A stretch of 64,000 bases of DNA, taken from the NCBI GenBank assembly GCA_964035545.1, contig OZ037765.1, forward strand, positions 12,162,698 to 12,226,697, given 5' to 3'. The DNA is from Bugula neritina. Lineage: Eukaryota; Animalia; Bryozoa. The translations under genes and the position numbers were made by a program. Each line of letters begins with the position of its first letter. Within the stretch, counting starts at the first letter, position 1. Positions 37,788 through 49,532 of the stretch are shown here, in pieces. The notes under the pieces are model-generated. The model did not search any database, was not told where the DNA came from, and worked only from the letters and a program-made list of their open reading frames with translations.

Positions 37788-39405
37788 ATATGTTTTCTCT
37801 TTCAATTAGAGACAAAACTCTGATAATAAACAAAAATCTGTAAAATAACAAGATGTTATATTGAAGGATGCTGAAAATTTGCTTCATACTGTTTATAGTC
37901 TAAAAACTGAATTGCTACAGAAAATTAACATTGTTTGCAAGTTTAGAATCACAACATGAGATTTTTCAACGTAAAAATGTTCATTAATTTTTTTCGAAGG
38001 TCTATTTGACATATATGCATTTAAAATATGCTTCATACTGTGGAACACATTTTATTTTTTGGCAGCATATACTTTGTTCCGATAAATAAGCACAACTTCA
38101 CATAACTTTCTGAAAGCAGCATTGGAATTTGTTAATAAATCTTTACAGATTATATTATTTCAATATTTCATTATTATATTTCTATGCTATGTTTACAGTA
38201 GCAGGAATTTTAAGCTTTGCATGCACCCTTCAGGTATAATTTTGCCCAAATCACCATCCCTGTGAGAACCCCTGAATGGAAGGGCTTTTAAATGAACTGA
38301 GGACTTGATTTCAATTGTGACACAAGAGCAATTTTGACTGAATGTCCTTCTTAAATTCACCAATGGCCTTTAGTGGAGATCAAACCACTGGCCTTGTGTT
38401 TATTAATCCAGCGTTCCAGCCACTAGACCATGAATACTCTCTTAATAACTCTGCCCAAATATAATGTTTAAATGATTCCCAATATCAAGTTTTTGCAAAT
38501 TTTAGATGTTGACAAATTTTCATCCCACAGTTTAGATCGATTATTCAACATCAATCAAGCGGTAAGCTGTATCATCAATTTACCATCTTATCAAGCTCTC
38601 TTTCGTGTTAATTATTTTTGGAATAATGTTGCACACCATTTCAACAAGAAACTCAGAATTTTTTTGCATATTACAAAATTGAGTAAACTATAGGTTGTTT
38701 GGGGATGGAAGTTATTTCGAAAAGTTAATCCAAACAAGTTGCACCTTGCAACATTTTAATGACCATCTCTCAGATTCTATAGAGGTTTATTTCATGTTAC
38801 ATGACAACTTTCTACTATGGGCAGACAAAAGCTCTTCGATCATCACAAGATGAAAATCAGACACGGATAAGCGTCTCAAGATCACATAGACCATCTGTGA
38901 ATCCGAGAATATCAAGTGCTTCAACCAAAGCTGGAACAGTAAGTATTTTCTATTTCTACATTAGCTTCTAGAAAAGTAAATCTATTAATGCAACTTGCAT
39001 GTACTTTATTATGTAAATATAAGTGTAATATACGAAACCATAGCCATCTGGCATCATGTGCAAAATAGGGATTATAAATTTGTTTCAACATTTTTATAAC
39101 TCAAAAGTTTTGCAAAGTGGTGTAATAACTAAAGACACATTTCTGGTCTAAACTTGCAGTCCTCTGGATCACAGTGTCAACTCATGAAAATAAAATCAGA
39201 TGAAAGAATACGAAAAAGAAAGAGTAGATCTCGACACCCATCAGCTTCTTCAGTCAATTTGTGGAAAAACCTGTCACGAGGTGCATCAGCTGCTTCAATC
39301 CCACAAGCCCTAGACTTGCAATGCGGGAGCTTGCTTGCAGGCAGTGAAGCGGGAGTTCTAGTACGCAAGAAGAGGAGAAAACAAAGTAACCTCCCAAACC
39401 TGTGA
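35267..39405 (+). CDS. Orphan single-pass membrane protein (N-terminal TM, juxtamembrane CCC, disordered basic tail)
   Basis: Exons (+): 35267-35445, 35886-35966, 36429-36480, 36577-36729, 37533-37617, 38506-38561, 38825-38938, 39160-39405, phase-consistent. The TM segment VNVLVILSGIIIVLPVALICCCYF is followed by a Pro/Tyr-rich, then K/R-rich, tail. An alternative terminal exon 37810-37823 is possible. Confidence 0.65.
36961..37365. repeat. (TG)n/(TGTGAG)n compound microsatellite (intronic)
   Basis: Direct. Confidence 0.97.
37705..37783. repeat. (TA)n microsatellite (intronic)
   Basis: Direct. Confidence 0.97.
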
Positions 39406-39678
39406 ACTTTTCCGTATTTATCGATTGCAATAATACGCAGAATTAGAGAGCTTGTAAAAGTCAAAAATGAATTAGTTTTGCAAGCTGAATGTAATAAAAC
39501 TTTATATTGCCATAGTACCTTTAAAAAATAAATGTTGCATGCTGTTTCCATTATAATTGCATAACAAAATATATTTCATAATTATGTTAGTATAAAAACA
39601 GGTTGGAGATCATTGTATATCACCAGACATCATTGCACATATGTAAGTAATAATGATAACAATTCACTCATTACAATT

Positions 39679-42600
39679 TCACAATTTCTTAGAAGGCTTT
39701 TTTGCCAAAGATTCGGCTCGTTTGGACACGGTTTTATTAGAGCCAGAAAACTTCTGTTTGTCTCCCCTGAAATAAACAGACACTTCTTATAGGACTTTGG
39801 AACAATTTACCTGTCATAATGGTAACACTTACTTCTATATGCAAAATTTACCAGCAAAACACCTGCTTCCATCATTTCCAAGATTATAAATGCATAGATA
39901 GTTAACAGCCATCTAACTGAAGACCACTTAATACTTCTTAAATCATGCCAACATAAATATATTGTCAACTTATTTATTGAATTACGCATGATATGTAAGG
40001 CTAATTTAGTATCAATACTTACTTGGCCATTGCAAGTTTGTTACGACAACCTTGGCCCCCTTCCCAGTGTTGAGACTTGGATCTTGTTAGAGAAGAATCA
40101 CAGGACACACACGGTTTGGTTAAAGAAAACCCCTGCAGAGTAATAAACCAGTAAAATAAACTAACAAGTATTGCCTGGCGGTATAATGTGGGTAATGAAG
40201 AATGAATTTGAATGTTAGAACTTCGGAATCTTGAAGAGAGAAGAATGCACCCTGTGTTTTATAATCAGACAACAATTGGCAAGTTCACCATATACTGTAG
40301 GAGCAGCTAGCAAAAGACACAAGATATTAAGTCTACCTGCTCTTTGGAACAAAAACCACAAATCATTCTGTTAGCCAGTTCCATCTCATGATCTGTTTCT
40401 TTCTCATCATGACATTTGTCACATGGATACAGCTTCCCACAGCACGGGAATCTACAACAAACACTTGCTAAATTAAAAGCTATAGAATCACATTTCAAAT
40501 AAATTAATTTTTATATAGAGGGCCTCTTTCTCTTGCATTTCTTGCACATGACCTGGATTTAATTAAACTACATAACAGAGTATGTAAATGACACTTGGAA
40601 GTGACTGACACAGTCATAACCAATGCTAAGTGGCACTGAAGCCTACTTAGAGTTGTAGATAAGACAATATAAATATAAGACCTTGGATATGAACAGCACA
40701 AGCAGCATGTGCTAGAGCAGCCATGTCAGGCAATGCCACAACTACAACAAATCTATCATGTAATGTAAGTATTTAAACTGTTTCCTCTAAGCTGAGCTGC
40801 CACATGAGCTGGGGATAGAGCATCAATATCAGCTCAAGAAATAGTTTTAGCTAAAATATCCTTCTATAACGAGCCGTCTCTTGGTGTGTAAGCATTTAGA
40901 GGTAATATACTGTTTTACTTCAGACTTTCAAGACTGTCTTGCGAATGTTTTGTACAGGGAGTGACCATCTTGGAGGACAGCGAGGCATACGTAGAAAACA
41001 TAAGTAGTATACTGACTATCATCATTTGTACAGTTGGAATTGCATTAAATGCATTAAACTTGGTTATCGCGACACGACGACCTTCCAAAGGATCACTACA
41101 CGTGTATTTGATCACCTTGTCCATAGTGGATGGGCTATACCTAATCTGTGTTCTACCTTCAAGAGCATTTAGATGTGGCAATGGATGTCAAACAAGACCC
41201 ACATTTTCAGCAAATATTCTAAAACTCGTCTATACACATACCTAACAAATTTTTGAATGTATCTTATTAGAAAAGATTTGCTAATCCAATTTTGCATAAA
41301 TGTTTAAAAATCCAAACTCATTTTTATAAACTTAGTTAAAGAAACAAAAAATTAGTAGCCTACTTGTAACTTTCCTGCCAGCAAAGTATACATTTAAGCT
41401 GTGATTGATTTAACTGAAATAAATTGATGATAGAACATATTTAAGCTGAAAGTTAAGTTTTCATTGAAGTTAACATTTAAAATGAAAATACTATTAGCAA
41501 CCATTATGCCATATTCACTACATTCCCATGCAGCCAATGTTCAAATATATCAGATGTATGTTCGCATTAACTTACAGTTGTGGCTCAGTTTAATTGACCT
41601 GTACCCATACATCAAATGAAAAATCCATTCGCACAGCATGGGAATGCAGTGATAACTGTACGTAGCGAGTGTTTCTCCTGTTTTTGGTAGGCCCAAATAT
41701 ATGAGAAGTTTGTATACCTCCCGGTTGCAAATACTCTGGTGGTGATTGATGCCTACGTTACCTGTGTTTGGGCTATACACAGGTTGACATATATACACAA
41801 ACCAAGGATCATCACCAACCATAGGTTCGTTCTAGCTTGTATTACATCACATTCCTACATACTAAACAAGTTATAAGGAAGTACACAAAACTAGATTCCA
41901 CTTGAGTTGAATTTTATCAGCTGAAATTGGAGTCAACGCGTTCAACTGTTTAGGCAATGTTTAGTAAGGTTTGCTCGTAAGTTATCAAATGCTACCTATC
42001 TGTAACAAAACCTACTTAGTAAGCAACACACTTACTACATCAGTGAAGATTCTGTTTAACTCTAAATATTTGTTATCTAAAATGTATGCGTAGCTTTGAC
42101 TTCTATAATGTAGTTTATGCAGACAAGAAGTTTGACTGTACAGCTCGAGCAATTATGTTCAAAATGTTGGCATCTTGTATTTGCAGCTCAATACCAGTGA
42201 AGGCTATTGCTCTAGCCACAATTTTCTCATCTGCAGTACATGTGCCGTATTTTCTCAAGTGGAAGGTGAATGGTAATCACCTGGAACGAACTCAGTTCAC
42301 GCTATCCAATGATGATTTGTACTACACCACGTTTCTAATGGTGGTAACCAGAGCTCTACCTATTCTAACGCTCTTCATAACCAACATCCTACTCCTTATC
42401 AATATCAACCAGGCTCTAAGGAGAAGAAAACAACTTACATTTCAACCATCTGCCCAGGTGAGGGGACAGGGAATCTCAGCTTGTGTTGGAAATATGTGGA
42501 AATTGATGCGCATTATACCCCTAACAGCAAAAGGAAATTAAAACCTTAATTTTTAGCAACTTTGCCAAACAACTCTAGCTACTCAATGGATGGGTATAGA

Positions 42601-45600
42601 AAAATGACCTTGACTATAAAACACAGAGCTAAACAAAAAGTTTGTGTCTTCAGAATTTGAATATTTAACAAGAAAAGGTTTCCTTGTAGATCAGATACTC
42701 TAAACAACAGACGAAGCTTACAGTGTTGCTGGTGGGTGTTATATGTCTGATGATAATAGGCAACACTCCTGTCGTCTTCGCCCATCCACCAATCTCTCAA
42801 GTATTATTTGACTTGAACGGTAAGCTAGAATGTATTCAGGTATGCGGTTACCAAAATCTCTAATCACAAACATATTCTAACTACTGCTTTGCATTGTTGC
42901 AGAAGAGTGTCTAGAATTTTCCAGAGGATATAGAGAGTTCCGAGCAATTGCCAACCTGCTGGAGCAGACCTCCTTCTCTCTAAACTTTGTGGTATACTAC
43001 TTCATGAATAAAAACTTCAAGGACTTTACCCACAAGGCACTGCAGTGTAAATGTGTGTCAAAAAACGCTGTGAGTGACAGTGAACTGACTTGATAGGTGA
43101 AAAGGTTACAACGAACGATGTAAAAACTGAAGATACAGTAACATGTCGTGTAATATAAATTGTAATTCTATAGTAACTTAGACTTTATTAAACAGAATAC
43201 GCAAGTGATAGAGTGGAGACAAACCTGAACCAGCGGAAACTCTTCTTGTAGTGTAGGCAAGCTCCCTTGTCAGGCAGAGGCTTCCCTTCTGCTATAATTC
43301 GTAAATCTGATTTTGCTTTCGCTCTCTTGGAAATTAAGACAGCATCAGCACCTAAACACATTAAAACTGACTAATAAAATTAACCAGTAATTTGATTTAC
43401 TATTTTCAATGTTCATAACATGTAAAACGGAAAAATATATCTTAGTACTTCAGGCATGCGATAAGATGATTTACCAATTCTAATAGCTGCACCATCATTT
43501 AGCAAGATGAAAGTTCCTTTCTCAACAGAGATGATCATCTTTTTATGACAGCTGATGCACCAAAATTGCTTTTCCTGGTCTGCATGTAAACCCTACAACA
43601 ATATTAGCAAGTTTTATGCTGTTAGCCAGCTGAATATACTAATATGATGAACTAAGGTGTTTGTAGTACAGTTTAAGAAAAAATATACCCAATTATTAAC
43701 ATGAAGAAAAAGACATGAGGACATTGTGAGACAAATTAACAAGTTGTTGTTATGTATCAATATAGAAAATTTTAAATAATTCTCTAAATTTATTTAAAGA
43801 TCTCATTTCATTTATTCAATAACTTAGGAATAAACTTTTTGAGGATTCCAAAACTACAAATTTTAGATGAACACATGGATACAGTAACATATATGGAGAT
43901 CTAGACACTTATTAATAATAGTCATTAATTGCATTTAAATGCAATTCTGTTGCACACAGTTACATTGCTGCCAATAGCTACTGACACATACTGTTGGTAT
44001 TACAATGTACAAAATGTTACTTACATGAACGGGTAACTCTTTGTTACATTCCAAGCAGCCGGCAATTAGCTGGCAGTCTTGTAGCACCAGGTCAAAAGGT
44101 TGGCAGGCACTCAAATCAAAGAAGCCAACAGTACTGGAGGCTGCATGCATTAGGGCAGCATGGTAGACCAAAGACATTTGTGATCGGCATCTGTCACACA
44201 CCACAATGTACGGCTTCTCTGAGTGCATGGTTATGTGGTGCACAGTCTACAGATATAAAGAGCACAGGCTAACACTGAAAAAGATATTAGCTGTACATTA
44301 TTCAATATTAAAAAATCTACCTATTAAACTGAATAAAATCATATAATAGAAATGAACTTACCTTGCAGCGAGTACATTTAATTCCTATTCTAAGAATAGT
44401 ACAGTGTAAAGTAGCAGCGGATTCCAGCAGCCTGAGATTTCTTAGCCTGAGCTCTGTACCTCGTCTCGCAGGGTCTAACCTTTTCGTACCCTAAAGAGTG
44501 ATCCACAGTGAGCTACACAAACTTGTAGCAAAAATATGTTTAAAATTGCTCATCCATTAAACAGCTAGTTGCAAAAAAGATATGAGAGTGTTAAACTTTG
44601 ATAGGCTTTAAAACTTTTCAACTTGAAGCTAAAAACAATTGAAATCAACAGATTCAAGAAACATTCATCAACAGCCTACAATAAAGTCACAGGTAATGCA
44701 TTTACTGCACATATACACTTGATAACACAATATGGCAGGGTTTTATAAAACAATTTTTTACTGGTTTTTAGCCAAATCCGAACACCGAATCAGAAATATA
44801 TTATACATCAAGCCTAGGAAATTGCATAGAAAATTCTGCACCAACCTGCTGCCCTGTTGATGGAGGAGGACTGGGTAGTTGGTCTGCTGATTTCTCAACT
44901 CTGGCAGAACTACTTGTATCTTGTATCTCCACGGCAGCCATTTGACTTGCACACACTTCTGTGTCAGGGGATGTTGTTTCAATAGTCTCAGGGTTGTCCT
45001 CCCCTGCAGGTACTTGCAGTTCTGTGTGATGCACAAATGTGAGGCCTGCAGCTTTGGCAGCCAGTTCTCTTTTGTACTAAAACCCAAAATATCAACAGTT
45101 TATTTTACATTTATATTAATAATTATCTGATTTATTTAATATAAATACTGACAATGTATAAAAATTAATTACACGTGACGTATTATCCCATAACCTACCA
45201 TAGTCAACCCAGTGGTGAAAAGTTGTTCCATTGTTTTGTCTAACCATCTTAGAAACGGTCGAAATACTAATTCTGTTTTATCTGCTTTTTGATTGGTCAT
45301 GTGCCTGTCTGTGAGCCAATCATTCATTTTCTTGCAAATGTGTCTAAACAGAGCATTTTTCAATTAAATTACATTAACATATCAGTATTGCATAATTAGC
45401 ATGTCTAGAGCTGTCACTGTATAATATTTATGTCTAGCAATTGGAAATGAAAATTAGCTCAATTGCACACCTTATCCACCCTAAAGAGGAAATGCTAAAT
45501 AATAATATATATACAAAAACTTTTTTACAAATATAGAGTAGTGAAGCCAAGCCAAAATCTAGGCCTCAAAAACTTTTTGTTGAGTCACTAAAACCTGTAA

Positions 45601-47815
45601 CTCTATAAAAAACATTTTTGTCCATAACTACATGTTCAAAGTTGAGATAGTTTTTGTACGTGGATACTGTTAAAGATTACATCATATTCCGTACACACTG
45701 AATGAACAATAAAATTTATATTATTTATACAGTTGTAATAGAAATTTTACTTGACTGTTTTTGACCATGCACATAGAACAGCAGACAGTTATGCCATGTA
45801 ATTTTAGTTAAAATTAAATGCTTAGTTTCACTACAAGGAAAGATTAGAAAGGTTATAGACTACAGAAATACACCTGACCGTGCTTGCAGCAGGCTTAGTG
45901 ATGACCCATAAAACTAAGTTTGCAATTGATATAGCTCAGTGAGAAGGTACTGTAAAGAGTATAATGGAAAATCTCTTACAGTATGTACTTTGTCCAACAC
46001 ACAAATTAAGTTTTTTTTTAATTATAGAGTTACATACTGTTCAAACATAATGCTTAAATTTAAAATCAAAATTAAAAACTATCAGCAAGGAAACTAATGT
46101 GAGTTGCATTTATCACCCAAAGCCTAATAGATAGATTTTTGACAATCACAAACCGTTATTCTAATCTAATAGTGCTGTTGACTTGAGATTATGTGATAAA
46201 AACACCAAAACACCATTAAATATAACAATAAGTGAGAGAGATAAGCATGGTATTAAATCTTACTTGGACAAAATAGGTGGAAGACAATCATCTTCATATA
46301 TTTTAGCTACCATGATGTGTTTAGGATATAGGTCCGCGAAACATAACTCCAGGTTAATAGCCTTGACATCAAACGGCTAAAATACATACATAAACCATTC
46401 TATGTTTATTTTTGAGGTATCACTACAGACAATAACTAAATTGAGACAAGCATTGATTACTTTACAACAAGCCCAATTTAAAGTGAAAAAATCTAAAGAT
46501 TGGCAATGCACATATAAAATACATTACACGATAAATAGCAGGGACCTGATAAAACAAGGTTTATCTACATAAACCAAATCCCAAACATTGAGCACTATTT
46601 AAAAGCATGTAAAACCTACATTATCATATATTTCAATAAGATTTTCCATTCCATAAACTGCCTCTTGCTTTTTCAAAAAAAAACTGAAAGTGAAATTTCC
46701 TTTTCTTACCCAATCAGGATCTGAAGATTTAAAAATAAATCGGTATGACTTTTCATCAACATCTACACGTTTTGGAAATCGTTTTTTAAGTTGCGTGATT
46801 TCAGTTCTACGCAAAGCTCTCAGTTGGTGATCTGTCAGCTCCGATAACTTTTCTTCCAAAGCATTTTTAGATGAGCTTACTGGTTTATGTACTTGTCTGG
46901 CATGAAGGAAGCCACATCTAATAATAATATATATAAGCATGTATATACAATCTAACGGATTAATTTAGTATATATAGACTGAAAGATATTCAGTTATAAC
47001 AACCATGTAAATAATGAATTAAAGTTTTTTATATATTCATATTGTGCTATTTATACAAAAATTAAAAAGATGATTCAATAACAATATAGGTTTACTAGTA
47101 CTACCAGTGCTTGAGTTTATAGTACTTAAACATAATATAAATTTAGAACAATATTTGTTAACTTATGTTATGAAACTTACCTATTACCCCATTTGCAGAA
47201 ACCTGAAGCATAAAATCTGCAGGCTGGTCTACTATCCATCTTTTTATTTACTAGACTAGAACGGTTTCTTTTGTCTGCTTCTGGCAGGTGCGACAATGAA
47301 TTAGAGCTCACAACACTTGAAGGATTGTTAGAGTCAGGCTGAGAACTCTCTTTAGCGATAGCACTACCAGAATTGAACGGTGCCGAACTATTAGAGATTG
47401 GGTTTATATCTGCCATGGAAAGTTCATGGCTAAATCGACAAGCATCTCCCAAGGCACAGCCTCTTTCAGAGAAGAAAAATTTGCAAGCGACCATTTTCTT
47501 ATGCTTAGTTTTCTCTAAATTATCACTACTAGATGAGTCGATTTGAATAGAGGTTTGTGATGTCAACTGTTTAGAACTAGAAGCTAAGTCTGATCTTGGT
47601 GTGACACTGACTGTGACTTTCGGGGTAAGTCTATCACTATGATATTGATTAGGTTTCGAGCTTATAAACTCAGACTCGTTTGCGTCTTTTTCTTGAGTTT
47701 CTTGAAGAGATACAGTTGAACTTGAGCTTCTTATTTCGTGTGTTGCTGTTAAATGGCTTGTCTCTGCAGCTGAAACTAAGTTTCCAACTGTCACTGGCAC
47801 CTGCTGGTCATTCAT
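39679..47815 (-). CDS. CCCH + CHY zinc-finger protein (resembles the S. pombe C18H10.09-like family)
   Basis: Exons (-): 47815-47181, 46917-46710, 46376-46264, 45343-45199, 45076-44846, 44490-44362, 44246-44025, 43592-43475, 43351-43225, 40451-40337, 40132-40023, 39766-39679. Two CCCH fingers (CKFFFSERGCALGDACRFSH; CRFYASGFCKWGNRCGFLH), an SDPDWPFD motif, CxxC pairs, and the CHY finger GKPLPDKGACLHYKKSFRWFRFPCCGKLYPCDKCHDEKETDH...RMICGFCSKEQ, followed by HWEGGQGCRNKLAM. Confidence 0.9.
40723..43093 (+). CDS. Rhodopsin-family GPCR (FMRFamide/sex-peptide-receptor-like, NFxxY type), nested antisense in a CHY-gene intron
   Basis: Exons (+): 40723-40764 (MSGNATTTTNLSCN, two N-glycosylation sequons), 40958-~41209, 41691-41824, 42187-42457, 42690-42819, 42903-43093. 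TM1 GIALNALNLV, TM2 YLITLSIVD, TM3 YLPVANTLVVIDAYVTCVWAI-HRL, TM4 SAVHVPYF, TM5 LPILTLFITNILL, TM6 KLTVLLVGVICLMIIGNTP, TM7 AIANLLEQTSFSLNFVVYYFMNKNFK. The exon 2 donor is non-canonical or weak. Confidence 0.85.
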
Positions 47816-49532
47816 TTTATAGTTGAGTAGTAGTAAAGTTGTTGCAATGAAATTGCACCACCAAAGGAAAGCGTGATGTCTTCGTAATTACTATATAAAA
47901 TTTAGTATCTGTAGAAGAAGATCTCATATTGGAAATTGCCCAAGCCCAAGTTCGAAAATAGCTTTAGAGCCGCAGTACTACGCCAGGGTACCAAAATTAG
48001 TGCTAGCGCTTATAAAAAAGAAGACAACTCATTTGTCAAATCAAGTATAAGAATAAAATTATCATGTTTTACTAACATATATTATATGGTATATATAAAT
48101 ATATGAGCATTGTTATGCATAGGGTAACATATCATTTGTGTTATTCAATACAATAATTTTAGATTCAAAAATAAGAATTATGCATTTTTATTAATATAAA
48201 ATGACATGTGTGGCACAAAGAGTAATAATACTATTTCGCATAACACTACGAAATGTTACCATTAAGTTACATGAGCATTCTGATTTAAATTTCCACATCT
48301 TTTAAATATTCTTAGTATCAATTACTGTAATGTAAATACTATGCATGTTTCAGAAAAAGAAATATTAGCTTATTTTATTGAAAAGATGTTGGCCACTGTT
48401 ATAATATTTATGTCTATCACTAAGGAGGAGATAAACCCCAAAACATATGAAATTCACAATGCTATCCAAATAAATATTCCACAAGGGCTAATGCATATTT
48501 CGCACTTGAATATAAGTAGCAAAAATTAACAGCAATTACTATCCAGCTTCTGTAGCAAAGAACCCTATGTGTTGCCTCATTATTTGAGAAAGATATATAA
48601 TAAAAAGAATTACCTGTCTCAGAATTTATTGCCATTATTGGCACAGAATTTATACTCATATATAATTATAATATCACTTAATTGCATTCATCCCAATGTT
48701 TAGATACTTGTATTTTTTTAATTGTCCATGATTTCACTAAAATACCACCAACAACGGTCACCTTGACAATAGTTACAATATTATTCTGGTATCCAGTATC
48801 CACACCTGTTCATAAAGAATCATTTGGCCAACACAACCATAGAAGTTTGGCTTTTGGAATTTATGGTAATATTTTTAATCTACCAATACTAATTCTACTA
48901 GGATGTACGTAGTATATTACTATTAAAACTGGATGTATAGAACATGTATTTTAGTAGAACACCAACAGTTTCACCATTATGAGTAATACTGTGTAAAACT
49001 AACATGAAGATTCACAAGAACATATTATTATGCATATCTGGTTACTATATTAAAACATTTAAACAGTTTAAAATAATTTAATTACCATCTATATATTTAT
49101 ATACTGTATATATAACTACATGTAAATGATATTCAATAGAAACAACCATAAAATTATAATTTATTTCCAGAAAAATAAGGAACATGGGAATTAGCATGTG
49201 ACCACCAGATAATCAACAATAAAATTTGTTTTTCTTAGAACCACCATTCCGTTGTTTAGTAGGCTAAGCAAGACTAAGGCTCATATAATAAAAACGGAGA
49301 ACACAATCGCGAAGGATTTATGCATTAGTTATTGTTGGTCATTGAACATCTTACACATTGAAGTTAATTAGTGCAAAGAGTCCATACTTAAATCATTACA
49401 CAAACCTGAAAAAAACGTCTCTAAAATGAATTAATTCAAGAACTTGTTTTAAATCTTTGCAAGCTATTCGCACAGTAAAAAGTCAACGGTGCCAAAATAC
49501 TAATCGAACAATTTGTATAGAATGAGAATAAT

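Noticed and set aside
41550-41822. 90-aa minus-strand ORF within the nested GPCR region
   Set aside because: It is the antisense shadow of the GPCR TM3 exon, with no independent motifs.
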